From an uncultured Chloroflexia bacterium (GTDB taxonomy: Bacteria; Chloroflexota; Anaerolineae; CG2-30-64-16): a stretch of 64,000 nucleotides of DNA. The number at the start of each line of letters is the position of its first letter. The stretch's first letter is position 1. Below the pieces are notes generated by a model that searched no databases, was not told where the DNA came from, and worked only from the letters and a program-made list of their open reading frames with translations. The stretch spans positions 960,001 through 1,024,000 of the forward strand of contig CAVZDU010000001.1 of the NCBI GenBank assembly GCA_963774265.1. Reading direction: 5' to 3'. Both the position numbers and the translations under genes were made by a program. This document shows positions 40,301-50,488 of this stretch, in pieces.

Positions 40301-42018
40301 GCAACGGGCACATCGTTCACCGCGGTCACGTCGATGTTGACGGTCGACAGCGCTGAGTTGACGCTTCCATCATTGACCGCGAAGGTGAAGCTGTCCGACC
40401 CGTGGTAGTTGGCCGCCGGCGTGTAGACGATATTCGGAGCGACGCCGCCCAGGGCGCCGTGGCTTGGCTGGGTCAGGAGAATGTAGGTCAGCGCATCGCC
40501 GTCCACGTCGGAGCCGATCAGGGCGATGGTCTTGGCGGTATCCTCAGCCGTTGTCACAGACTGTGCGTTAGCGACCGGCGCATCGTTCACCGCCGCGACC
40601 GTGATGCTCACCGTCGCCGGCGCAGAGTTGGCCGTCCCATCGTTGACGACGAACGTGAAGCTGTCCGGCCCGTGGTAGTTGGCCGCCGGCGCATACGTCA
40701 GGTTCGGCGCGGTCCCGCTCAGCGTCCCGTGGCTGGGCCCGGTCTGCACGCTGTAGGTCAGCGGACTGTTCTCCGCGTCTGAACCGCTCAGGGTCATCCC
40801 CGCCGCAACGTCTTCATCGGTGGTCACCGCCTGCGCGTTCGCCACCGGCGCCGTGTTCGACGGCGGCGGCGTCGGCGTCGGCGTCGGCCCGCCCGTCACC
40901 GTCCAGGTGAACGACCTCGACGTGCTGTTGCCCGCATAGTCGTACACCGTCACATTCACCGTGTGCGCCCCGTTCGTCACCGGGAACACCCGCTGCCCCC
41001 CCGTCGTGAACCCCAGGTCGACGTAGAACTCGCGGCAGCTGTAGTTGCCGCAGGTCGGCGGCGCAACATAGTAGTCGTTCACATACGCCGTGTCCGATGC
41101 GCCCCCGGGCAGGTTGGCAAACTCCCACACCGTCGTCACCGGCCCTCCATCCACCGTGAAGTCCACCTGGTGCGGCGGCAGATAGTAGACGTCGTCCAGC
41201 ACCAGGTCCTTCGCCCGCACGTACAGCCCGTAGACGCCCGTGATCGTGGTCACCGTCTGCACCGTGTTGTTCTTCAGCAGCCCGATCGTCTGCAGCAGCG
41301 GCGCAGCCGTGTCGTTAAGCGGCGTGTGGAACTCGAAGCCGTTTACATAGGCCCCGCCCGCGGCCAGGATGTTCAGGTGGATGTGGTTGAAGCGCTTGCC
41401 GAACGACGTCACCGTCCAGTACACGATGTCGCCGATATACGTGTTCGGCGCAATGTAGCCGCCGCTGGTCGGGTTCGCCTGGTACTCCGCGAACTTGTCC
41501 TTGATCGCCTGCGGAATCGTGTTCTTGTCGATGTGGTGGTACTGCCAGATGTAGCCCTCCGGATCTTTCACCGCTACTTCCCAGTACAGGTCGTTCCCCG
41601 GCTGGTAGTTCTCCACATTGACCACCTGGCCGCCCGAACGGTTGAAGACGTCCGTCCCGTTGGGCGCCATGATGTCGATCCCGTGGTGGAAGTACGCCGC
41701 GCTCGTCCCGCTGCTGTAGTTCTGGTACGACTGGATCGCATGCCCCAGCGTGAATGACACATTGAACGGCCAGGCATACGTTGCGTGCGCCGCCTGCGCG
41801 TCGCCCGTGGCCAGGTGCAGATAGTCGGCCTGGTACGCGGCCTCGACGTCCTCCAACACTCGCGCTTCCTCCGGACTGGCATCAGGCGGGAAAGGCGCAG
41901 CGCGGGCATTGTCGGTGACACGGGGGAGGCCCGCCGCGCCCGCCAGGCCGGGTGACAAGATGAGGCTCAGCAAGATCAGCGCCTGCACCAGGAGCGATAA
42001 ACGACGTTTCACGAGCAC
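37381..42018 (-). CDS. Large secreted protein: M23-like peptidase domain, 8 Big_9/cadherin-like repeats, jelly-roll-like domain, C-terminal FDGSDVGL-repeat domain
   Basis: Signal peptide, FHHGIDI and HIHL (HxxxD/HxH), PT linker, repeated NDAPVA...EDT...GSDVDGD.LTY...P.HGTL.G.AP.LTYTP...G.DSFTF units. Confidence 0.88.
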   Translation of the reverse strand: MLVKRRLSLLVQALILLSLILSPGLAGAAGLPRVTDNARAAPFPPDASPEEARVLEDVEAAYQADYLHLATGDAQAAHATYAWPFNVSFTLGHAIQSYQNYSSGTSAAYFHHGIDIMAPNGTDVFNRSGGQVVNVENYQPGNDLYWEVAVKDPEGYIWQYHHIDKNTIPQAIKDKFAEYQANPTSGGYIAPNTYIGDIVYWTVTSFGKRFNHIHLNILAAGGAYVNGFEFHTPLNDTAAPLLQTIGLLKNNTVQTVTTITGVYGLYVRAKDLVLDDVYYLPPHQVDFTVDGGPVTTVWEFANLPGGASDTAYVNDYYVAPPTCGNYSCREFYVDLGFTTGGQRVFPVTNGAHTVNVTVYDYAGNSTSRSFTWTVTGGPTPTPTPPPSNTAPVANAQAVTTDEDVAAGMTLSGSDAENSPLTYSVQTGPSHGTLSGTAPNLTYAPAANYHGPDSFTFVVNDGTANSAPATVSITVAAVNDAPVANAQSVTTAEDTAKTIALIGSDVDGDALTYILLTQPSHGALGGVAPNIVYTPAANYHGSDSFTFAVNDGSVNSALSTVNIDVTAVNDVPVATPQSVVTQQETPVDITLLGADVDGGALTYRVVTWPVQGVLSGDAPDLTYTPGAGYTGGDSFTFVANDGIVDSALATVDITVTETNDQPTADAQSVTTDEDTALAILLTGSDPDADPIAFAVTAAPQHGTLSGTAPGLTYTPAADYNGIDSFAFVTNDGQVDSTPATVSISVTAVNDAPLADAQAVTTAEDAAVAIALSGSDVDGDALTYAVVNGPSHGTLGGTAPALTYTPAANYSGSDGFTFSVDDGQAAPAEAVVSITVTPVNDAPMADALAVTAAEDTAFVITLTGSDVDGNALSFAAQTQPSHGSLSGTAPVLTYTPAANYNGPDSFTFTASDGTVNSAPATVSIDVSAVNDAPVAIAQAVTTEQGAAVAVMLGASDVDGDIVTYNVVTGPANGTLTGVAPDLTYTPAAGYTGLDGFIFAVSDGMATSDPATVSITVNPAGPVTVFFDDFESDLGWSRNPNGTDAATLGVWERVDPEAVDYYGYKQLGTTVSGSYDLVTGPLAGAGAGSYDLDGGVTSIRSADIALPAGSELALSFSYYLANYTNSSTADYLRVKVVGATTQTVFEELGAADDDDAAWDTFSGSLNAFAGQTIYLLIEAADASTASLVEAAVDDVLIIATGGSPNQTPTADPQSVSTAEDTALPIVLTGVDGDGNPLIFSVTGGPSHGTLSGTAPSLTYTPASGYSGADSFTFKVNDGVVDSAPATVSITITPAVTGPKLYLGSSTSGTAGGVAFEDEDILIKDMSTGAWSLYIDGSDIGLTNTDVDAFELQADGSLLMSFDTAFSLSGFAAVDDSDILRFRPDSTGATTAGTWSWYFDGSDVGLSTSDEDIDAFAILPDGRLLISTLGNVSVTGASGADEDLLVFTPTALGATTTGTWAMYFDGSDVGLSSTSNENVNGVWVDAAGKIYLTTLGAFSVTGASGDGSDIFTCTPGSLGSTTTCSWAMYWDGSVQGFAGEDTDSLSIVQ

Positions 42019-42410
42019 ACTCTCCTTCTATACTAACCAGACGATCTCGATTGAGTAGTTCAATCAGAAACCGGCTCATGAATGGCCTGCAGGCTGAACG
42101 CATCGAACTGCATGACGATCATCGCCGATTGGAAATAATAGCACTATTTATTTGACGTCACAAGAAGGAATCTCGCGAGCACTGACCGCGTGATTTCCTT
42201 AAGATAGACGGATTGGGGGGGCGCATCGTTGACGGCAGGGACGGTCGTACCGCCCTCCGTGAGGGGAAACAACAGGGCGAATGCGAACGCCAATAATGGC
42301 AGTCTCAGGATGGGGTGCAAGTCGCGCAACCTGACAATAGATGCATGAACCTGGTCTGTTGCTGAGCTGGAAACCGGCTAAATCTGGTTACCCAGCACGA
42401 AGCTTAATTC

Positions 42411-42439
42411 ATAGTACCATCGGTCACAAAAGAGTGCAA
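42411..42439 (-). promoter_or_regulatory. Sigma70-type promoter
   Basis: Minus-strand TTGCAC-N17-TACTAT, about 390 nt upstream of the 42018 start. Confidence 0.55.
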
Positions 42440-42709
42440 ACAAGACTGAGGCGTGCGTAGAACTGACGACTTTGCTAAGAATAGACCCCATCGCTCACTT
42501 ACGTATTTCTACCGATACCCAGCCACACTCCACCAACAAGACCCAATGCGTCTTCGCGCATCACGCGCACGGACTGATCCCCTTGCCGCGCCGTGGCTCT
42601 CGGCTGCGAACGTCAAGGGCGAACCGATCGCTGCGACGCGTACTGCGACGGCGTCCGTCAGGCGGAACGCCTCATCATGCGAAGATGGTCGCCCGCCACA
42701 CCTACTCTA

Positions 42710-44332
42710 TCACCGGACGAGGGCATAGTCGAACTCGCCCACCCGGTTTGAGTTTGCAGAGACATCATCATCGTAGCGGCCGCGCACGACCCAGAAGTAG
42801 TTGATGGCGGTGTCGCCGAAGATCTTCACGGTGGGCAGTTGTAGGTCACCCGGATCGGTGTAGTGGCGATCCACACCGTCGTCCGTGTAGGGCACTTCGC
42901 CCGATCCGTAGGGCTCGCCCCAGACATCGGCAACCTGGTTGCCCTCGCCCGCGGCAGGGTCGAAATACGGGTCGGACGCGCGCCACACTTCGTAGTAGGG
43001 GTTCTCCTGCCTGCCCGGCCAGGTCAGCGTGACATATGCGGCGTCGGGCGCGGGCTCGACGGCAACATCAGGCGCCACGGGTGTGAATACCGGTGCGCCC
43101 GTCACCGTCCAGGTGAACGACCCCGACGTGCTGTTGCCCGCATAGTCGTACACCGTGACATTGACGGCATGAGATCCGTTCGCCGCAGGGAAGGCCCGCT
43201 GCCCCGCCGTCGTGAAGCCGAGATCGATGTAGAACTCCCGGCAGCTGTAGTTGCCGCAGGTCGGCGGCGCAACATAGTAGTCGTTCACATACGCCGTGTC
43301 CGACGCACCCCCGGGCAGGTTGGCAAACTCCCACGCGGTGGTCACCGGGCCGCCGAAGATCGAAAAGTCCACCTGGTACGGCGGCAGGTAGTACACGTCG
43401 TCCAGCACCAGGTCCTTCGCCCGCACGTACAGCCCGTATACGCCCGTGATCGTGGTCACCGTCTGCACCGTGTTGTTCTTCAGCAGCCCGATCGTCTGCA
43501 GCAGCGGCGCAGCGGTGTCGTTCAGCGGCGTGTGGAACTCGAAGGGATTGACGTACGCGCTGCCCGCGGCCAGGATGTTCAGGTGGATGTGGTTGAAGCG
43601 CTTACCGAACGACGTCACCGTCCAGTACACGATGTCGCCGATGTACGTGTTGGGTGAGATAAAACCACCGTTCACCGGGTCAGCCTGGTACTCCGCGAAC
43701 TTGTCCTTGATCGCCTGCGGAATCGTGTTCTTGTCGATGTGGTGGTACTGCCAGATGTAGCCCTCCGGATCCAGCACTGCCACCTCCCAGTACAGGTCGT
43801 TCCCCGGCTGGTAGTTCTCCACGTTGACCACCTGGCCGCCCGAACGGTTGAAGACGTCGGTGCCGTTGGGCGCCATGATGTCGATCCCGTGATGGAAGTA
43901 CGCCGCGCTCGTCCCGCTGCTGTAGTTCTGGTACGACTGGATCGCATGCCCCAGCGTGAAGGAGACGTTGAACGGCCAGGCATACGCCGCATGCGTCGCC
44001 TGCACACCTTCCAGGGCCTGCAGCGTTTCCTGGGCCTTCCAGTCCGGCACGGCCAGCGGATTGCCCGTGGCCAGGTGAGCGTAGCTCGCCACGTACCGAT
44101 GCTCGACGTCCTCCAACACTCGCGCTTCCTCCGGACTGGCATCAGGCGGTAGTGGTGGGATGCCCGGTTCAGTCGGGGCAGGAGAGGCCATCGCGCCGGC
44201 TGTTGCCAGCGTGAGCAGGATGATGCATACGAGCGAGAGCCACGGCATGGTACGGCGTGACAGCCCCCGGGCATTGATTTTTATGAAGCGAGAATTGCGG
44301 TCCATCTGCTCCCTCCTGTCAGGATCTTTCAT
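42710..44332 (-). CDS. Secreted M23-like peptidase paralogue with C-terminal SNRVGEFDY domain
   Basis: About 300 aa nearly identical to the N-terminal domain of 37381-42018. True start may be 44308 or 44248. Confidence 0.85.
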   Translation of the reverse strand: MKDPDRREQMDRNSRFIKINARGLSRRTMPWLSLVCIILLTLATAGAMASPAPTEPGIPPLPPDASPEEARVLEDVEHRYVASYAHLATGNPLAVPDWKAQETLQALEGVQATHAAYAWPFNVSFTLGHAIQSYQNYSSGTSAAYFHHGIDIMAPNGTDVFNRSGGQVVNVENYQPGNDLYWEVAVLDPEGYIWQYHHIDKNTIPQAIKDKFAEYQADPVNGGFISPNTYIGDIVYWTVTSFGKRFNHIHLNILAAGSAYVNPFEFHTPLNDTAAPLLQTIGLLKNNTVQTVTTITGVYGLYVRAKDLVLDDVYYLPPYQVDFSIFGGPVTTAWEFANLPGGASDTAYVNDYYVAPPTCGNYSCREFYIDLGFTTAGQRAFPAANGSHAVNVTVYDYAGNSTSGSFTWTVTGAPVFTPVAPDVAVEPAPDAAYVTLTWPGRQENPYYEVWRASDPYFDPAAGEGNQVADVWGEPYGSGEVPYTDDGVDRHYTDPGDLQLPTVKIFGDTAINYFWVVRGRYDDDVSANSNRVGEFDYALVR

Positions 44333-44408
44333 GCAAGAAACGCATACCGGCCCAAGCGCCTACGGGGATGACAATCGCGAGCAGTACTCGGCGACATCCT
44401 GGGCGCGG

Positions 44409-44441
44409 CCGTGCCGGGCGCCCACCAAGTGCCGGGCACGG
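44409..44441. repeat. Degenerate palindrome family B
   Basis: CCGTGCCGGGCGC-CCACC-AAGTGCCGGGCACGG. Confidence 0.55.
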
Positions 44442-44515
44442 TGAATTGATCAGTGCGAGTCCCTTTCAAGCCAGGGTAGTCCGCACGCGGCGGGTGACCG
44501 TGAGCCTGCGGCAGT

Positions 44516-47500
44516 TTAGCCCTCATCCCCCGGGACCAGCGCGAAGTCGAAATCCCCGGTCCGATTCGACGGCGCGGTTTGCACCGCACCGCACGCGGAG
44601 GCCGGCAACACGAGGTAGCTGTTGTTGACCGCCGTATTGCCCAGTCCGCCCGCGTGTGCAAAAGTCGTGTCTGATTTCCAGGTGCAGCCGTTGGCCTCCG
44701 TGCATGCGGCGCCGGGTGCAAAGTAGGGATCGTCTGCATTTCGCCATACCTGGTAGTTGAACGCGCCTGGAACCGCGCTCCAATCCAGCTGCACCTGCGG
44801 GCCGTAAACCAGGGCGATCCACACATGGCTGACCGCCGGCGGGGTGGCACACTCGGTGGGCATCCGCGTCGCCGGGTCGCCGAAGAGGAGGAAGGTGTCC
44901 AGCAGATCGAGGCTCGACCCGGTCGCAAAAAGGTCGAGCTTGCCGGCGGCGGTGCCTGCACCCACCGTACCCAGGTTGTCCTTGAAAATCGCGTCGAAAA
45001 AGCCGCGGTCCAGGTAATCGTGGCCCGAGGCAACCCCCAGGCCGGTCGGCGACCAGCTCGCCACTGCGCCGCGGCCGCTCGGCCCGGGTGATCACCTCGG
45101 CCAGGGCCTCTTGCCCATCGGCGATGGGATCCGGATAGTGGTAGTAGCCCTCCCTGCAGTCCATCCCCAGCACCACGGGCAGCCTGCCGTCGTTCTGGAG
45201 CAGCGGCACGTCGGTGGTCGCTGAGCAGTCCTTCCGAGGCCCAGCCGAGGCGTAGCCGTGGCCGATGTAGTTGACGATCAGTGCGCCGGCGTTGATGCCG
45301 GCCTGGATGGCCGTCCTGGCCTCGGCCGTGGTCGTGTGGGTGACGCCGTAGTACACCTTTTGGGCCTGGTACGGCGCGGGCAGGTGGCTCGCCAGCAGGT
45401 CATCCGACATCAGGGCAAAGTCGCCTCCGCTGTCGACGTTGTCGGCCACCGCCAGCACCTGCTGCTGCCAGTCGGCGGTCGGGCTGGCCTCGTAGGCGAT
45501 GATCTTGTCCACGAAGGCGCCGGCTTCGGCGGCGCTGTTGACCGCCAGGCGGCCGAGCATCAGGTCGGGGAGGGTGTCTGCGCCGGCCACCGTCACGTAG
45601 CGGTTGTCGGCGGCGGTCTCGCCCATCCAGGGATCGACCGGGCGCCAGGTAGGGCGGGATGTAGCTGGTGCGGCCGTAGCCGAGGTAGTTCTTGGGATCG
45701 TAGTGGCCGTCCCCCAGCAACACGACGTAGGAGGGCGCGGGCGCCTGCCAACTGGCGTAGGCGTAGGCCAGGAAGTCGCGGATCGCGATAGGACTCACGA
45801 GTCCGTACCCAAACTCATCGTAGACGTCCTGCACATCGACCGCCATCGCGCGCAGGCCTTGCGCCGCCCGGTGGTCGCGCAGCGCCGCAGCCTGGGTCAG
45901 GAAGTCCTCGTGGGTGATGATGATATGATCCGCTGCGTTGGCTGTTGCCCGCAGGTTTGACGCCGTATCTGCTTCGATGTCGGTCTCCGCCTCCACCGTG
46001 TGATAGGCTGTATCTGTGCCGGTGTCTTGGAGAACCCAGTAGTCGATTGACTTGCCTTGCGCGACCGCGTCCTGGAACTGTGCTGCGTATCCCGATCCGG
46101 ACGTGACTACGGCGACGCCTGTGATCCGCTTGACCGCGGCCGGGTCGGTCACGTCGTAGACGGCATAGTCGCTCGCCTTGCTGCCGGTGAACCCCGCCAC
46201 CTGATACTTCCACGTGCCGGCAGTGACGTAACTGAACGCCAGCTCGCCGCCTTCCGCGGTGAAGGTGTTGGCAAATTCGAGCTGCGCCCAGTCGATGTAG
46301 AGGATGTCGTACGCGTACCCGGTGTCCGCGACCGCTGTGACCACGAGGGTGTTGGTCCCCGCGACCAACACGCCCGCGGGGACCGCCATCTCCAGGACCT
46401 GCCACGCGACCCCGTCCCACGTCACGTCGCCCACCTGCGTGCCGTTCAGGGTGATCCTGGCGTGATGGTCGGGGTTGACCGCGTTTTGCAGATAGCCCAG
46501 CATGGCCAGGGTCAGCGTCGCCGGCCCTGCGTCCGGCGCAGCCAGCGTGAAGGTGTGGGTCCAGCTGGGCCGGCTCGGCCGGTAGATGTAGTCCCACAGC
46601 CAGCGCTCCAGGTCTTCGTCGCCGGGCGCGAAGGAGAGGTAGTACGCGTTGACCTCCATATGGCGCTCCGCGGTGTGGGTGCCAGGCATCTCTGCTGCGC
46701 CGGGCGCCCCGTCGCGCGCCGCCATGCGCAGGCCGGCCGCTGCCGCCGAGGGGTCGTAGGTCAGCCAGTAGACGTTGCCGGCCGTGTACTTGCTGTCGAC
46801 CGCCTGCCCGTAGAAGACCAGGGCTTCGCCTGATTCGAAGTAGCTGTCGCCATCCCCTTCCTCGTGGATCGCGACCTCGCTGCCCAGGTTGTAGAGCTTG
46901 AACGTGCTGGGGACCAGGGTGTCCACCGGCAGGCCGGCCTTCTGCAATTCGGTGTAGGTGAGCTTGTAGAAGCCGTCCGCCTGCACCTTCACCCGCCAGC
47001 CGGGCGCGGGCGGCGTCCAGGGGGTGGCGTCGATCCCGGCTGCCACAGCCTCGACAGAGGGTGGCGCAGAGGCCCGCCAGCTGCGGCCGGCTTCGTAGTT
47101 CAGCAGCTTCCCGCGCAGGAATTCCTCATACGCGGCGGAGTCTCGTGCCGGCGCTTGGCGAAGGGTCTCTGCGGAGGTCGCGCCTTCGAACCCAATCTCG
47201 ACCCGCAGCGATTCATAGATTGTGAGTGCCTGGGCCGCCGGATCGTACTGCACCGGGTAGGCCGCGATGCCCAGCCACGCGCTGCTGGCGCATCACCCCG
47301 TCGCTTGCCAACTCGGCCAGACGCGTCGGGATAGGCTGCCTGCGCCCGCGTAGATCGCCGGATCCTCTTCGATCACCATGGTTGGCTCAGGCAGGGCCGG
47401 CGCGGCGTTCCCTGCCGGCGGCTCCCATTCGACCACTTGGGTTGGCGCGGGGAGGGGTGGGGCAGGCAGGCGTCACTGTGTGGGCCTTGCCCGGCGTCAC

Positions 47501-47857
47501 GCGCACGGTGACGTCGACGCCGGGGGGCGCGGCGATCGTCTCGGTCCAGAAGGGCAGGCGGGTGCGCCGGCCTGGCGAGGAGTGTCCAGCCGGGCAGCGA
47601 GACCTGCACGTACGGTCTGGCCGCCGGCGGTGGTCGGCTCCAGCGGCGAGCTCGCTCCCAGGGCACGGCCACCTCGAAAGCGACCCCTGAGGCGTGGAGG
47701 ACAGCACACGTACGGGTTGGAGCTTGGAGGTTGAAGGTTCAAGGTTGGTGGTCGGTGGGATCAGAGAACAGGGCTGTGTTCGCACCGGCCCCGGTGCAAG
47801 CATCCCGCTCAGCAGGACCAGCAGCAAAGCAATGGTCAGATTCTTGCCTCGTAACAT
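44516..47857 (-). CDS. C25 (gingipain/PorU-like) cysteine protease with propeptide and SNRTGDFDF C-terminal domain (several frameshifts)
   Basis: Signal peptide MLRGKN..., YPVQY, VYDEFGYG, IRDFL.YAY..W, VLLGDGHYDPKNY, LGRL, NYIGHG (His), GMDC (Cys), LFGDP. Confidence 0.88.
47717..47758. repeat. Six-heptamer array (42 bp) inside the C25 gene N-terminal linker
   Basis: TTGGAGC TTGGAGG TTGAAGG TTCAAGG TTGGTGG TCGGTGG; reads PPTTNLEPSTSKLQ on the minus strand. Confidence 0.7.
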
Positions 47858-47915
47858 CTCAATTCTCCACAGGTCGATAACATCTCCCGATCGCACGCAC
47901 CGCTCATAAGCACAC

Positions 47916-47961
47916 GTGCCGGGCACTCGGCGATCCTTCGGATCGTCGGAGTGCCCGGCAC
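47916..47961. repeat. Palindrome family B
   Basis: GTGCCGGGCACTC-GGCGATCCTTCGGATCGTCG-GAGTGCCCGGCAC. Same inner GCGATCC/GGATCG stem as the 26075 copy. Confidence 0.85.
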
Positions 47962-47982
47962 TTGCAGATATTCCAGGTCTCT

Positions 47983-48914
47983 TCACGCCTCCCGGATCAG
48001 CGCCATCGGGTCGTCTCCCAGCCGGTAGCTGAGCGTGTAGAACGGCACGCGCTCGGCCAGGAGCGCCAGGCGGTCCAGGATGGCGGACACCGCGGCCGGC
48101 CGGTAGTAGGGGATGAACGCGGTCTGCAGCAGGCGGGTGACCCCGTCGAAGGGCGCTACCGCCGCAAGGGGCTGTGCGGCGTCTCTATCCAGGAAGAACA
48201 ACTTTTCCAGCGGCACGCCCAGCGGCGCGCACAGGTCCGGATTAACATGCCAGGGCGTGCCGAAGATCCAGAAGCGTCCATCGAGGTAGCGCAGGATGAC
48301 CTGGTCCTCCCCCAAGACCGTGGCCGAGGGATTCGACGCGAGGGACGCGGTCAGCGTCGACTTGCCGGCCCCTGAGGAGCCCGTGAAGCAGTATCCCTTG
48401 CCATCGACCGCCACGCCTGCGGCATGGAGGATGGCGTCGCCGCAGCCCGCCAGCCAGTTGGCAAAGAGCCTGATGCCTAGGCCCTGGAGAGGATAGGCGC
48501 CCTCCCCATTGCTCGTGGAGAATTCGCCGCACACCTCTCCGTCAACAAAGCCGGGGTCGACGATGGCCAGCCGGGGCGGCGATTGACGCGGGGCGACGAA
48601 GACGTAGCGTCCGGCCTCGTCCAGCCACAGCTCCCATGTCTCCGTCACACAGAGGGGGATGCGTGTTGCCGCAGCCTCGGGCAGCGGCCCGTCCCGGACG
48701 CGGAGGAACCAGGTCACCGGAGATCTCCGGCGACTCGTGCCAACCACAGTTTGGCTTGTCCTCGGAGGTCTCTGGTTGAAGGAACCTGGCGTGGCTCGCG
48801 GGCGCCACCAGGTGCAAACCGGACCCTTGCGCATCCAGCCAGAGTCGAAGGTTAGCCACGCGCACGCCCATCCGAGTCCGCGCGGCACGCTCCCAACCAC
48901 TTCCCCACACTCAT
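47983..48914 (-). CDS. HprK-related P-loop kinase (ScmC-like; frameshifted 5' part)
   Basis: ILHAAGV, FTGSSGAGKSTL, LGEDQVIL, FGTPWH. ATG overlaps the precursor TGA. Confidence 0.8.
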
Positions 48915-49071
48915 CACACGGGGGGCGCATAGCAGCCCTGCTCCAAACTGCACCCAAGAACCCCCTCGGGGTCCAGATTGGGGCTGCTGTGGCACACCGC
49001 CAGGACCGAGTTCCTGGATCTACCAGGCGTACCTTTTTCAACTTGGGCGCTTCGTATCGTTTCTTGTTCAT
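48914..49071 (-). CDS. Putative RiPP precursor peptide (~51 aa, split by an indel)
   Basis: GAGGAG RBS; MNKKRYEAPKLKKVRL-[indel]-RNSVLAVCHSSPNLDPEGVLGCSLEQGCYAPPV*. Lies between the radical SAM and kinase genes. Confidence 0.75.
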
Positions 49072-49079
49072 GAAGCTCC

Positions 49080-50182
49080 TCATCTCCATATGCCTGCAAG
49101 AACGGGGCGCTGGAACTCAGCAGCTCGCAGTCGCCCCAGCTCGCATACATAAGTCCACCGGCGTCTCGTCGTCGCCGTGGACGGCCTGCGACCAGCCGGG
49201 ACACTGGGTGCAAAGACCCCCGGCCGTGCAGGTGCGGCACGCGGTGTCCAGGCGCCGCTGCTGCTGCCGCAGAGTGCCCAGCGCCTCCCACGCTTCCTCG
49301 AAGCGCATCTGCCGCAGGTCGTAGCTGGGACGGCGGGACATGGTGCAGATGCTCATCCTGCCCGCGCTGTCGACATGAAAGGTTTGGAGCCCGGCGCCGC
49401 AGCTGTAGACATATTCTGCGCGCACCAGCTGGCCGCCGAACAACGCGGCCGTCTCCTCCCACTGCCGCCGCCGCTCCGGGTCCTCGCGGTCGAGCGCAAG
49501 CATCTCCTCCAGCGAGAGCCGGTGGTCGTAGGGCTGCTCCCCCCCGTCCAGGCGGGGCCACAGCGTGCCGTCGTAGCGAAACTTGACGCCGACCTCCTCG
49601 GCCAACGTCTGCATTTCCGCCAGCTCGTGGCGGTTGGTCGTCAGCAGGACGGATTTCAGGGTCAGCGGGAGGCCCCGCTCCAGGAGGAGCTCGATGCCCC
49701 GCCGGCAGCGGGCGTACGATCCCGGGACCTGCGTCACCGCTTCGTAGGTCTGCTGCGTGGCGCCGTACAGCGTGATTTCGATCGACTGCGGCCTCGAGTA
49801 GGCCAGCAGGTCCGCGATGGCCGGGGTCAGCAGCGTCGCGTTGGTGAAGAGCGAGACGAGCATCCCCCGCCCCCTGGCATGGCGGTAGATCTCCGCGAAA
49901 TCGGGCCGGAGCAGCACCTCGCCCCCGGTCAGGAGCAGGAACAGGCAGCCCGCGTCCGCCATCTGGTCCAGGAGCCCTCTCGCCTGCGCGGTCGTCAGTT
50001 CCTGGGAGCGCAGCCGCCCGGCTGCCCGCGGGCTGGTTGATGTAGCAGTGGACGCACGCCAGGTTGCAGCGCTCGGTGAGCTCGAGCGTGCCGCCGAGAG
50101 GATAGCGCCGCCCTTCCAGCGGCGCCAGCAGCTCATCGCCCCACTCGCCGAGGTCCAGCTCCGGGCATGAAGTAGAATCCAC
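49080..50182 (-). CDS. Radical SAM/SPASM protein (frameshifts near 50015 and 49150)
   Basis: ELTERCNLACVHCY (CxxxCxxC), TGGE, FTNAT, SCGAG...IC, CRTC-x5-CTQCPG. Confidence 0.92.
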
Positions 50183-50185
50183 GTC

Positions 50186-50478
50186 CTAGACCCTTCGCAC
50201 CGCGCCGACTGCCGTCATCTCGACCAGAAAGCTGTCCAGGTCGGCAGCGAGCGACCTCCGGGTCCGCGTCGTACTCCTCCAGCAGGCCGGACCGGAGCTC
50301 GGCCAGCGTCGCCGGCCGGTCGAGCTTGCTCCCAGATCGAGGCGCCCACGCTGTTCAGCGTGTAGATGCAGTCCATGTCGGCCACATCCTGGTGGATCGG
50401 CACCAGCACCATCTCGTCCACGATCTTGCGGAAGATGAAGTCGGGATTCCGCTCGTACCGCGCCTCTTGTTGCGTCAA
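50186..50478 (-). CDS. PqqD family RiPP recognition element (frameshifted)
   Basis: RNPDFIFRKIVDEMVLVPI...IYTLNSVGASIWE...EEYDAD...DLDSFL. Confidence 0.88.
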
Positions 50479-50488
50479 ACCAGGTCTC

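Noticed and set aside
38287-40356. Long opposite-strand ORFs (e.g. 689 aa at 38287, 505 aa at 635, 498 aa at 53161)
   Set aside because: Shadow ORFs of high-GC coding genes, with no motifs or RBS.
40890-43985. DGR template/variable repeat pair
   Set aside because: The duplication is about 0.9 kb, both copies are coding, differences are not adenine-specific, and there is no reverse transcriptase.
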